Notes under the pieces: model-generated
What the model was told of the DNA's origin: nothing
The model's input: only the letters and a program-made list of their open reading frames with translations
The model's database searches: none
DNA from: Thermoproteota archaeon
GTDB lineage: Archaea; Thermoproteota; Methanomethylicia; Methanomethylicales; Methanomethylicaceae
Direction of reading: 5' to 3'
Assembly: GCA_029887795.1 (NCBI GenBank)
Contig: JARXPE010000001.1
Coordinates: 129,386 to 193,385 of the forward strand
Length of the DNA: 64,000 nucleotides
Made by a program: the position numbers and the translations under genes
In this document: piece after piece, positions 49,467-58,637 of the stretch
Layout: the number at the start of each line of letters is the position of its first letter
How positions within the stretch are numbered: the first letter of the stretch is position 1

Positions 49467-50240
49467 TTAAAGTCCAACCCTCCATAGGAGGTCAATATAA
49501 TCGTATATGACCTTGGAGAGGGATTTGTCCGAGATGTAGACCGCTAGATTCTTCCTCTTCTCCGTGGGCTGATCGAGACCGACAACAAGGTGAAAGACAA
49601 CCTCTCCCTTATCAGAGAGTATGACGTTGAATGGTATCACATTCATACCAATCTTTATCATCACATTGTCCGAAGAGAGGGGCTTCAGTACGTTAAAAGA
49701 TTCCTGACTTGCCAGAATTTTGACTGATTTCTTTTGGTCAATGCGGGAGAGCATGTTAAGAAGACCAGAGTAGATAGTCATGTCCAAGTTGCCCATAACA
49801 ATGCAGAGCTCCTTCTTGAAGGAGTGCGCCAGCGTCTGAATCCGGTTAGTTATGCCAGCGACAGACCTGACAAACCATATTTCTGAGCCCTCCACAGAGC
49901 GGGCATCGTAGATGGACTGCAGATCATTAAGCAGAACTTCTTCTATCCTACTGAGGCGGTTTTGGTGTTCCAGCCTTATGACATTTATAACCTCAGAGGG
50001 AGGCTTTGCCTTGAACCTCATTGGGCGCCCCTGACCTATCTCGACCCACCCCTTCAGCTCCAGAGCCTCCAAGACATCGTAAACTCGGGTGTGCGGGACG
50101 CCTGAGGACTCGCTTATCTCTTTGGCACTGGACGGACCGTCTAAGACGAGCTTGAGATAGACAAGCGCCTCATAGTCGGTCAGACCCGCCTCCTTCAGGC
50201 GCTCGAAGGCGCTCATGGACTTTAGAGCCCTTGTCGACAT
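49467..50240 (-). CDS. TrmB-family transcriptional regulator
   Basis: GLTDYEA.VY, SGVPHTRVYDVL..LE.KGWV, RP..F. Confidence 0.9.
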   Translation of the reverse strand: MSTRALKSMSAFERLKEAGLTDYEALVYLKLVLDGPSSAKEISESSGVPHTRVYDVLEALELKGWVEIGQGRPMRFKAKPPSEVINVIRLEHQNRLSRIEEVLLNDLQSIYDARSVEGSEIWFVRSVAGITNRIQTLAHSFKKELCIVMGNLDMTIYSGLLNMLSRIDQKKSVKILASQESFNVLKPLSSDNVMIKIGMNVIPFNVILSDKGEVVFHLVVGLDQPTEKRKNLAVYISDKSLSKVIYDYIDLLWRVGL

Positions 50241-50306
50241 CTTTCAATCCTTATTCACTACTAATAGTGAATAAAATTAATATTCTTTTTGGAGGGAGAG
50301 TGACTT

Positions 50307-51251
50307 ATGGAATACGCCATCGAGATCTCGGGGCTTACTAAGAAGTTCGGGAATTTTGTGGCGGTGGACAACCTTGACCTGCGGGTGAAGGTAGGGGAGA
50401 TCTTCGGGTTTCTTGGACCAAACGGTGCAGGCAAGACTACCACCATTAGGATGATGTGCGGACTAATGAGGCAGACTAAGGGGAGCATAAAGATCTATGG
50501 ATACAGCATCCCTGAAGAGAGGAACGAGCTCATCAAAATTACAGGGTATATGGCTCAGCGCTTCAGCCTTTATGAGGACCTGAGCGTTTACGAGAACATG
50601 GAGTTCTTTGGTAAACTCTACGGGCTCAACGGAAAAAACCTGGAAAACAGGATACTCGAACTCCTCGAGTTCCTTGATCTCAAGGATGTCAGGAGGAGGT
50701 TAGCTGGGAGGCTCAGCGGAGGGATGAAACAGCGGCTGGCACTTGGTGTCGCGTTGATCCATAGACCAAAGCTTCTGGTGCTAGATGAGCCCACCGCGGG
50801 TGTTGATCCTCCAATAAGGAGGGCATTCTGGGAGTACCTCAGGGGTTTGAATAAGGAGGGGACCACAATCTTGGTGACCACGCATTACATGGACGAAGCT
50901 GAAAACTGCGACAGGATTGGTCTTATGAACAGAGGCAGGCTCATAGCAGAGGGAACGCCGAAGGAGCTCAAGAGGAGGGTCTTCGGAGGAGACATTGTGG
51001 AGGTTGTTTTGCACGGGTACGTTCAGGAGGGCACCCTAGAGGGAGTCGCAAATCTAAAAGAACTGGCATACAGGGACGGAGACACGGTCCTAAGAGTGGT
51101 TTTGAAGGATGCTTCTAGGGAACTCCCAGCACTTCTAAGGAGGATCGATGGAATGGGGTTGAAGATCATATCCGCAGAGCCGATTAACGTTACCCTCGAG
51201 GAAGTATTCATAGAGCTGGTAACGGGGAGGATTGAAAAAGTAGCACTCTGA
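50307..51251 (+). CDS. ABC-2 exporter ATP-binding subunit
   Basis: GPNGAGKTT, LSGGMKQR, LDEPT, TTHYMDEA. Confidence 0.95.
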   Translation: MEYAIEISGLTKKFGNFVAVDNLDLRVKVGEIFGFLGPNGAGKTTTIRMMCGLMRQTKGSIKIYGYSIPEERNELIKITGYMAQRFSLYEDLSVYENMEFFGKLYGLNGKNLENRILELLEFLDLKDVRRRLAGRLSGGMKQRLALGVALIHRPKLLVLDEPTAGVDPPIRRAFWEYLRGLNKEGTTILVTTHYMDEAENCDRIGLMNRGRLIAEGTPKELKRRVFGGDIVEVVLHGYVQEGTLEGVANLKELAYRDGDTVLRVVLKDASRELPALLRRIDGMGLKIISAEPINVTLEEVFIELVTGRIEKVAL

Positions 51252-51252
51252 G

Positions 51253-52359
51253 GTGGTTCCTTTGAGGCTGATGGCCGTCGTAATCAAGGAGTTAATTCAG
51301 CTGAAAAGGGATCCTAGGTCTCTTGTTATGATAGCGATGATTCCGTTGATAGTCATGTTGCTGTTCGGGGTCGGATATGGCGGGGGCATGGGAAAGATCA
51401 GTGTAGCCGTTGTTAACTTGGATAAGGAAAGCTTGAGCTGGACTGTACTCGACTCCATTATGAAAACACCAAGCGTTTATGTGAAGGCCTATGCCAACAG
51501 TATCGAAGAAGGAAGGGAGCTCGTAAAGAACGGCATCGTCTCTGCTGCGGTCGTGATCCCGGAGGGGTTTACTACAGAGCTGATGAGGGGGGCATCGACT
51601 CAGGTCTTGGTGATAGTGGACGAAAGCATCACAACGATCTCCAGCACCATAAGGAACGCAATGCTGGCGGTGACCTACAAATTCCAGCAGGAACTCGTCA
51701 GGAGTGTTCAGGGGTCCTCGGTGGAGCTCATCTACAGCTCTGTCTACGGTCCAAAGGTCACGAACCTTGAGGCCTTCACCCCGCTCGTCATCGGCATAGT
51801 GCTCCAACTCGTTCCGACAAGTCTGATATCAATAGCCATCTGCAAAGAAAAGGAAAGGGGCACATTTGAGCAGTTGATAATGTCTCCCATCAGTAGGTTT
51901 GACATAATATTTGGAAAGTTGCTGGCTTTCTTCATTGCGACAATAGCGGACATGCTAATAACGCTGATGGTTGCCGTGTGGATATTCGACGTCTCAATGA
52001 GGGGACCTTTAATAGATGCTATGATTATTTCTACACTTTTCTTGCTTGGATCTTTGGGACTTGGTATGTTAATATCAGTCCTCTCCAAGAACCAACTTCA
52101 GGCTAACCAAGCAGCCATATTCATATTCATACCCGCTCTGCTTTTCAGTGGGGCTTTGATGCCTATTGAAATGCTATCGCCTAGCGCCCGGATACTGGCA
52201 AATCTCACTCCCATGTACTACTTTGTTTCGGCATTCAGAGATATCATGATAAAGGGGTTCGGGCTGTGGCAGATAACGTGGCAGATGTTTGCCCTCTTGG
52301 TTTACATGGCACTGATGATGGTAAGCGCCCCGCTAGTACTAAGGTTGAGGGTTGATTAA
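51253..52359 (+). CDS. ABC-2 exporter permease
   Basis: KE..QL.RD, EKERGTFEQL..SP, multi-TM C-terminus. Confidence 0.92.
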   Translation: MVPLRLMAVVIKELIQLKRDPRSLVMIAMIPLIVMLLFGVGYGGGMGKISVAVVNLDKESLSWTVLDSIMKTPSVYVKAYANSIEEGRELVKNGIVSAAVVIPEGFTTELMRGASTQVLVIVDESITTISSTIRNAMLAVTYKFQQELVRSVQGSSVELIYSSVYGPKVTNLEAFTPLVIGIVLQLVPTSLISIAICKEKERGTFEQLIMSPISRFDIIFGKLLAFFIATIADMLITLMVAVWIFDVSMRGPLIDAMIISTLFLLGSLGLGMLISVLSKNQLQANQAAIFIFIPALLFSGALMPIEMLSPSARILANLTPMYYFVSAFRDIMIKGFGLWQITWQMFALLVYMALMMVSAPLVLRLRVD

Positions 52360-52361
52360 TT

Positions 52362-54593
52362 ATGATTGTTTGGAGGGAATTTGGCATGTTTCGTAAAGCT
52401 GGAATGACTATTTTAATTATGTTAATAATTCTCAGCTCAATCTGTCCAATCATCAATTGTGAGGAGACAAACTTCAGGGTGGAGGATGTGAATTGGAGGG
52501 CACTGAACATAGGCGTGGGCAATAGTACCTGCGTTGTCTTACTGAGGTATTACGGAAGTGACTCATGCTCCTATGTGAGGGGGAGTCTTGATGTCTCTAA
52601 GCTGAGTGAGACCTACACGGAGGTCTCTGACGAATATTCTGGGACGGTCGAGTATGGAGGTGCCGTTTACCTAGAGTTTGTTTTTGACGTTTCTTCCTCC
52701 TCTAAAGCAGGCTGGTACAAGGTCCCACTTAAAGTAAATTACATGACCGACGGGAGGGTCTTTTGGGAGTATTTTGATGTGGTGCTGACAGTCAATGGAG
52801 ATCCTGACATTTCGATTGGCGCAAATGGTGAGGTGATTTGGAGGGGACAACTTAACGAACTCCCAATTGTGATAAGGAATCTTGGGGATGGGCTGGCTAG
52901 GAGAGTCACTGTCACTGTGCAAAGCCAAGATGTCTATCTGACAATAGTTGGACCCAATGAGTTCAGGAGCGATTTTCTGATGCCCAATGGAGAATGGGTA
53001 ATAGTTGTGAAGACCTTCGCACAGCTAAGCATCAGGGACGGGACTAGCCTTGCCGTCAATGTCAGGTATGAGGACCAAAATGGAGTTGGTAATGCAAAGA
53101 CAACAACTATTGGCTTAAAGGTGGAAGATCCGGAGAAGCCCAGCACTGTGGTTAGTACAAATACCACAAAGATACGACCGGGTGTTACAAACGGTGTGCT
53201 CTTTTTCATAGTGAATAATGGTGGTAAGAAAGCAATCGACGTGACGGTCAGGCTCACCCCAGCCACGAACCAACTGACCTTGGTTGGCAATAACACCTTC
53301 TCAGTCCCAGAGTTTGGGATAGGAGAGGCGCTAAACATTCCAGTATCCTTGTACTTGGAACCGCAGACCTATGGAAGCCTGCCAGTCTATGTGATGATTG
53401 ACTACAAAGACGAGAGGAATAGCACCTACCAAGACTCGCTATCAATTGGATTCCTGAGCGAGGAGGAGCCCGAGCCCAAGGTGGAGGTGACAGCAAAGGA
53501 CATTCAGATTCAACCAAACGCCATAAACTCCATAACTATAATACTCGAAAATAGGGGGGATAGAGCTGCAAAAGATCTTAGGATCAACCTCTTCTCCCAG
53601 TCTCCGGAGGTTGCTGTTGTAGTGGGGAGCGGGGTCGCACACCGAGACCTCTTGGAGCCAAAGGAGGTCTGGGAGGTTGAGAAGGAGGTCTTCGTGCAGC
53701 CGAACGTATACGGAGCGGTGCCCTTGTACGTTCAGGTCCAGTATAAGGACGATTTGCAGAACAGGTACTCTTACACATCGACTATAGGTTTTGAGGTTAG
53801 AGGCACACCTTCCGTGGCGATCTCTTCGGTTATATATAACCCGTCCCCGGTTTTCCCAGGGAACAGGGTCGTTCGTGCAAATTGTGTTATAGTAAACCAT
53901 GGCAATTATACGGCGCAAGACGTGAGTATTATTTTGGGGGAAATAGGTGGAGTCGTAAAGCCGTCTTACCCTGGGTCAGACCGAGTAAAGATACCATTCC
54001 TGACGGTCGGAGGAAGTGTGAGTGCTCAATTCCTGCTAGATATCGATGAGAACGCAAAGCCTGGATACTATGAGATACCTGTAGAAATTTCGACAAGGAC
54101 CGAAAATATCTCAACAGTAATCCCACTCACAGTTTCGGAGAAGGCCAAGATCCTTGTTGACAAGATATATTTCGACAGGGAAGTCATTCCTGGAGCCAGG
54201 AATGTGAAGCTGTTCGTTGAGACACTCAACGTAGGAAACGTGACGGCGGAGGAGGTCAGAGTCTCGGTCATATCCGGGTACATCACGGGATCTACAACAT
54301 CCCTATTGGGAAACATGGCGAGCGGGAGCAGGAAAGTGATCGTCATGGAGGTTGACGTGGATAGCAAGGTCAGTCCGGGAGATTTGCCAGTTGATGTAGA
54401 GGTCTCTTGGAGCCAAGATGGGAGGAGTATGTCAGAGACCTCGACCATGAATCTGACAATCGGCGAGCCAGGCAGGATTGAGGTCTGGGTGTTATTAGGA
54501 GGTCTAGCGGTGGCAGTGGCATTAGTCATAATATTTAGAAAGAAGTTAGTAGAGTTCGGAAAGTCATTTTTCTACAAATTCAGAGGTCAATGA
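52362..54593 (+). CDS. COG1361-type surface/S-layer protein with repeated Ig-like domains and C-terminal TM anchor
   Basis: Signal-like N-terminus, repeated N.G...A..V and Y.D motifs, terminal TM plus basic tail. Confidence 0.75.
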   Translation: MIVWREFGMFRKAGMTILIMLIILSSICPIINCEETNFRVEDVNWRALNIGVGNSTCVVLLRYYGSDSCSYVRGSLDVSKLSETYTEVSDEYSGTVEYGGAVYLEFVFDVSSSSKAGWYKVPLKVNYMTDGRVFWEYFDVVLTVNGDPDISIGANGEVIWRGQLNELPIVIRNLGDGLARRVTVTVQSQDVYLTIVGPNEFRSDFLMPNGEWVIVVKTFAQLSIRDGTSLAVNVRYEDQNGVGNAKTTTIGLKVEDPEKPSTVVSTNTTKIRPGVTNGVLFFIVNNGGKKAIDVTVRLTPATNQLTLVGNNTFSVPEFGIGEALNIPVSLYLEPQTYGSLPVYVMIDYKDERNSTYQDSLSIGFLSEEEPEPKVEVTAKDIQIQPNAINSITIILENRGDRAAKDLRINLFSQSPEVAVVVGSGVAHRDLLEPKEVWEVEKEVFVQPNVYGAVPLYVQVQYKDDLQNRYSYTSTIGFEVRGTPSVAISSVIYNPSPVFPGNRVVRANCVIVNHGNYTAQDVSIILGEIGGVVKPSYPGSDRVKIPFLTVGGSVSAQFLLDIDENAKPGYYEIPVEISTRTENISTVIPLTVSEKAKILVDKIYFDREVIPGARNVKLFVETLNVGNVTAEEVRVSVISGYITGSTTSLLGNMASGSRKVIVMEVDVDSKVSPGDLPVDVEVSWSQDGRSMSETSTMNLTIGEPGRIEVWVLLGGLAVAVALVIIFRKKLVEFGKSFFYKFRGQ

Positions 54594-54705
54594 GAAAATT
54601 CGAATCTCCACTTATCGGAATAAGAACATGAATATCAAATGCAGACTCGATTCGATAAGGGAAGAAAAAGATGTAGAAGAAACAAGGTTAAGAAAAAAGA
54701 AAAAA

Positions 54706-55461
54706 TTACTGGATGTGGAATGTTATTGAGACGCTAGCAGATACGCTCACCGCACCCGGCAGAATTGTTGTAGAGGATGCCACTGCTAGATCGTAGCTAC
54801 GGTATATCGGAACTGGAGACGAGTAGGATTCGGAGACGCTTTGTACGCCTACAACCTTCACGCCCAAGGTTTTCGCGATTGTCTCTGCCTTTGCCTGGGC
54901 GTCCTTAACGGCCGCTTCTAGGGCACTCGTCCTCAGAGCTGCGAGCTTTGCGTCCGAGACCGCAAAGTACACTCCATTGACTTGATTTAGACCACTCTCA
55001 ACACATGCGTCGATTATTTTACCAGCCATCTTTCCAAGATCTGTGCCGCTGTAGGTGACCTGGAGGGTGTGAACGACCCTGTATCCAATTAGCACCTGTT
55101 CGTTGTTTATGTACCTGTACTCGGGGCTTATGGTGTAACTCAGCGTCTGTATCGAAGACTCAGGGATGCCCAAGCCTTTCAATGCGCTCAGGGCGCGATT
55201 TATGTTGTTGGCTGCGGACGAAGTGGCTTTTTGAACGTCAGGATCTAGAACGCTAGTTCCCAGGATCACCTTTACGGTGTCGGGTTGCTCGTATAGCACG
55301 GCATTGCCAACCACTGAGAGAGTGCCGAGGCTTTTACCTTCATCCAGATCTGCAGCCTGGACCTGTTGTGGAGAATAAAGGACGCTCCCCAAAACTAATA
55401 ATGTCAAGGCAACGCCAAAGAATGCAAGATATTTCAATTTCAAGTTTAATCTCATATCCAT
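54706..55461 (-). CDS. SIMPL (DUF541) domain secreted protein
   Basis: Signal/TM, V.G.....PD, I.T..Y.I.PEY, AL..AV.DA..KA..IA. Confidence 0.88.
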   Translation of the reverse strand: MDMRLNLKLKYLAFFGVALTLLVLGSVLYSPQQVQAADLDEGKSLGTLSVVGNAVLYEQPDTVKVILGTSVLDPDVQKATSSAANNINRALSALKGLGIPESSIQTLSYTISPEYRYINNEQVLIGYRVVHTLQVTYSGTDLGKMAGKIIDACVESGLNQVNGVYFAVSDAKLAALRTSALEAAVKDAQAKAETIAKTLGVKVVGVQSVSESYSSPVPIYRSYDLAVASSTTILPGAVSVSASVSITFHIQ

Positions 55462-55511
55462 ATTGATCACTAAGGCAATATTAAAAATCAAGGCTTATAA
55501 CCATAGCAGAT

Positions 55512-55539
55512 GTTCTATTTGTTAGAACGAAAGTTCTAA
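55512..55539. promoter_or_regulatory. Three alternating GTTCTA/TAGAAC half-sites upstream of the SIMPL gene promoter
   Basis: GTTCTA 55512, TAGAAC 55523, GTTCTA 55533; about one helical turn apart. Confidence 0.45.
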
Positions 55540-55689
55540 AAATTGATGTCTTGTGCTTTTATTACATCTTTGATGGTGGTCCAATACGTCATATAATTCT
55601 GATTATAGCTTCAGCTGGTTTTAAAGTGAAGTTACCTTTTTGTGGCGCATCATGCAGGAGGGCAGTACATTATCGGGCATTCCAATAGT

Positions 55690-56322
55690 CTAAAGGTGAA
55701 TTCCAGCACGGTTCAGTGCGAGCCTCAATGTGTACCATAGTGGAAATGATATGATGGAGAGCAGAGTCAAAGAAACTATGAATGAGAGAGTAAGATCTAA
55801 CAACGAATTGGACTGGAAAACAAGCAGGGATGGCAGAACAGAGAGGATTAATGAGGAAACAAAAATTGAGAGTGAAAGTTGACGCAAACTTGGGCAGAGT
55901 AGTGCCGAAAGTGTTCCAAATAGTAAAGCGAAAAGCCATAGTGAGATAGGGATAAGGAAGCTGTTCGCAAAGAAATACAGCATGGTAATAGTCAAGGCTG
56001 ATGGCAAGTAAAAGAGAAATCGCCTTCCGAATTTGTTGCGCTCTTTATCTGCCTCAATGATCGTTTTGGGGATCTCTTGGTTAAGCCAAACCTCAGCCTT
56101 CGGGGTGATCTCGTAGAAGTAGCGCTTGTCATCCCTTCTTCTTGAGATGAGGCCTAGCCTCAGTAAAATTGAGAGGTGAGATTCTATAGTGCTCCTCGAT
56201 CTGTTGACGCTCTCTGCGATCTCGTCCCCGGTCATTGGTCTCTTGGAGAGGGATTCAAGTATGGCATACCTAGTCCTCTCACTCAGAGCGTCGAGGATTT
56301 CCCTCAGTTCTTCCCCTTCCAT
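55690..56322 (-). CDS. ArsR-type wHTH regulator fused to a C-terminal multi-TM domain
   Basis: ALSERTRYAILESL...SRSTIESHLSIL..LGLI, then about four hydrophobic helices. Confidence 0.82.
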   Translation of the reverse strand: MEGEELREILDALSERTRYAILESLSKRPMTGDEIAESVNRSRSTIESHLSILLRLGLISRRRDDKRYFYEITPKAEVWLNQEIPKTIIEADKERNKFGRRFLFYLPSALTITMLYFFANSFLIPISLWLFALLFGTLSALLCPSLRQLSLSIFVSSLILSVLPSLLVFQSNSLLDLTLSFIVSLTLLSIISFPLWYTLRLALNRAGIHL

Positions 56323-56365
56323 GTTATATCTTTTGGAGAATTGGCATTTAAGACCATTTTTATGT

Positions 56366-56389
56366 TTCGACCTTTCTAGAAAGATCGAA
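56366..56389. promoter_or_regulatory. 24-bp near-perfect palindrome between divergent promoters
   Basis: TTCGAcCTTTCT|AGAAAGaTCGAA (one mismatch); TTTTATAA at 56410-56417. Confidence 0.55.
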
Positions 56390-56447
56390 TCGATCTCCGT
56401 CTAAAGAGAGTTTATAATCGGTAAGGGATGAACTCTTTCAGAGGCCT

Positions 56448-57008
56448 ATGCGCCTGAAAAAAGTTCTGATTATACTCACAGTAATACTCTTCCCATGGAT
56501 ACTGCTGCCGTTGGCTTTATACTATGCCTGGAGGCGGGGGATAATCGGGCGTTTCGCGAAAAAGTTAGTTTTAGTCAAAAGGCCGAATTTTGGAGGTAAG
56601 CTTGTCGAAGAGATCTTAACATTAAAGTACTATAAGCCCACTAATGGAGGTTGCATATCGGTAATACCAAGGATGTTAGGAGTGCAGTACGTTTATGGAA
56701 TTGAGGTTCGAGATAACCCGGAGAGGTTGACGAGAAATATTGAGGATGTGATAAGGACAACCTTAGATAACGTTCAATGGCACGGAAAGACTCTGATCTC
56801 ATTAACAGTCAGAGATCGTATTGAGAAAGTGCGAGTTTATTCGGTTTCAAGAATCCTTCCGGGAATTGAGGCGGACGTGGACAAAGAGGCTTTTGAGGTC
56901 TCTTTGAGAATCGCCGACGCATTGAGACCAAAATCGCCAACAGTGAAGGTCACCCTATGCAGGGGCAATGCCGTCATGGAAGGATTGCCCTTGGGGGAGG
57001 TTGTATGA
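56448..57008 (+). CDS. Hypothetical membrane-anchored protein
   Basis: N-terminal TM followed by basic residues; first gene of an overlapped operon. Confidence 0.7.
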   Translation: MRLKKVLIILTVILFPWILLPLALYYAWRRGIIGRFAKKLVLVKRPNFGGKLVEEILTLKYYKPTNGGCISVIPRMLGVQYVYGIEVRDNPERLTRNIEDVIRTTLDNVQWHGKTLISLTVRDRIEKVRVYSVSRILPGIEADVDKEAFEVSLRIADALRPKSPTVKVTLCRGNAVMEGLPLGEVV

Positions 57009-58357
57009 TGGGACAGAGTCTAAGAACTCTAGGTCTCCCCAAGAGTTTTGGGGCAAGGATGGCAGTGCGTTTTAGTTTGGATGGGGTCGAGAGGGCGGAG
57101 TTTTCGAAGACACTTGTGATTGGAGATGAGCTGACGAGGTTCAAGATGATTATGGAGCTCGTTGTAAGAGGTTTCGAGGGGGGCGATACCCCATTTATCA
57201 TTGATATGAAGGGCAGATATTCTGGGCTAATAGATTATGTGCCTTCTATCAGAGTATACAAAGCCGGTAGGCACATAACATTTAACCCGCTTAAAGAGAC
57301 TTTCCAAGGGTACTCAAAGGAATTCGCCGTGATCTTTGGTGATTTGTATGGGTTAAGTCGCGACGAGCGCACTTTCCTTGCAAAGGCGCTTGAGGGGGTG
57401 TACAGGGACGGAGATCTAAATCCAACATTGGAAGGGGTCTTTGAAAAGCTCCTTCAGATGGAGGCAGAAGCCCAGCCAAAAGATTGTTACAAGATTGAGT
57501 GTCTCAAAAATGTACTCTCGGAGCTTGAGATGGGACCGTCAGGTTCAATTTTTAAGGGGAAGGAAAAGGGGGTGACTGCGCCCATGATACTTGATTTAAG
57601 CACTCTTATGCCGAAGGAGAGAGCCCTGATGATGGCGTCCTCTCTGGCGAGGGTTAAGGCGTGTAGAGCCTCATTTCTAGTGGTTGACGGATTGGATTGG
57701 TCTATGTTATCTGACTTGGGAGGGTTTATGGCAGTTTTTAGGGAGAGGATCGGGGATTTGTGTCGCGAAGGTATGTCCGCTTACATCGGGGCAGACTGTC
57801 TGCAGCATGCCCCATTATGGGGGACTGCGTACATCTTCTGTGGGCCCATTTGGCATGAGGAGGTTCGATGGATCAGAGGCTTGTTGGATGGGGAGGGTTT
57901 TGAGAATTTCAGGTATTTGGAGGAGGGTACAGGCCTCGTCTTTACGTGGAAGAGAGCGCCATTCTACCTGAGGTACAGAAATTCAGAGTTTAGGTTAGTC
58001 GATGACGAGGAAATCGATGAGCACATGAGGGCTCTGGGGGAGGAGGTCGAATTTGCGGATTCGGTGGGCGAGAAGGGTACGAGGGTTCTAGAGAGGCTCT
58101 TTAGGGATAGGGCTTCACTCTTCTACGCTAAGGAGTTCTTGAGGCTGGTCTGCGAGGGCAGAGTTCCTGTGGAAGCGGTGAGTTCGCAGAAAAATGCAAT
58201 GCTTAGAAATGTAGTCAGGATCTTGAAGCGATATTTTATGATCGTAGAGTACATGGACGGTTCAGGAAATAAGTGGTATAGACTCACCAGAGTGGGGGAG
58301 AAAGCACTAAGCGAGATGGAAGGTGGTAGGAATGAAGGTAAAACATGTAACAGATAG
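57005..58357 (+). CDS. VirB4/HerA/TraD-like P-loop-fold protein with degenerate Walker motifs and C-terminal winged helix
   Basis: IIDMKGRY, FNPL, helical insert with PTL, ILDLS, VVDG; Walker A position reads VIGDELTR; C-terminal WYRLTRVG. Confidence 0.65.
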   Translation: MMGQSLRTLGLPKSFGARMAVRFSLDGVERAEFSKTLVIGDELTRFKMIMELVVRGFEGGDTPFIIDMKGRYSGLIDYVPSIRVYKAGRHITFNPLKETFQGYSKEFAVIFGDLYGLSRDERTFLAKALEGVYRDGDLNPTLEGVFEKLLQMEAEAQPKDCYKIECLKNVLSELEMGPSGSIFKGKEKGVTAPMILDLSTLMPKERALMMASSLARVKACRASFLVVDGLDWSMLSDLGGFMAVFRERIGDLCREGMSAYIGADCLQHAPLWGTAYIFCGPIWHEEVRWIRGLLDGEGFENFRYLEEGTGLVFTWKRAPFYLRYRNSEFRLVDDEEIDEHMRALGEEVEFADSVGEKGTRVLERLFRDRASLFYAKEFLRLVCEGRVPVEAVSSQKNAMLRNVVRILKRYFMIVEYMDGSGNKWYRLTRVGEKALSEMEGGRNEGKTCNR

Positions 58358-58637
58358 GGCGATATTCTGGAGCGTAGGGAGAGGCGAGGGGGAGGAGATA
58401 ATTGGGGTGGAGGTATGTTTAGGCGGAGAGGACAAAGTCTTCAGAAGGATAGTTGCTAGGGGAAAATATGGGAAAGAGAGGACAGTTTTTTCTGAGAGGT
58501 ACTCCGTCGACGAGTTTCAGGGGGTTATCCGATCAGAGTTAGCGCTGATCTCCTCCATCCAAGGTGTGAAAGGTGATGCTTTGACCTTGGTATTAGAGGC
58601 GATAGAACTGCTCAGGAGGGTTTGTGAGAAGTTATGA
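58332..58637 (+). CDS. Hypothetical protein
   Basis: Overlaps both neighbours; RBS-like GGTGGT/AGGA upstream. Confidence 0.6.
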   Translation: MKVKHVTDRAIFWSVGRGEGEEIIGVEVCLGGEDKVFRRIVARGKYGKERTVFSERYSVDEFQGVIRSELALISSIQGVKGDALTLVLEAIELLRRVCEKL

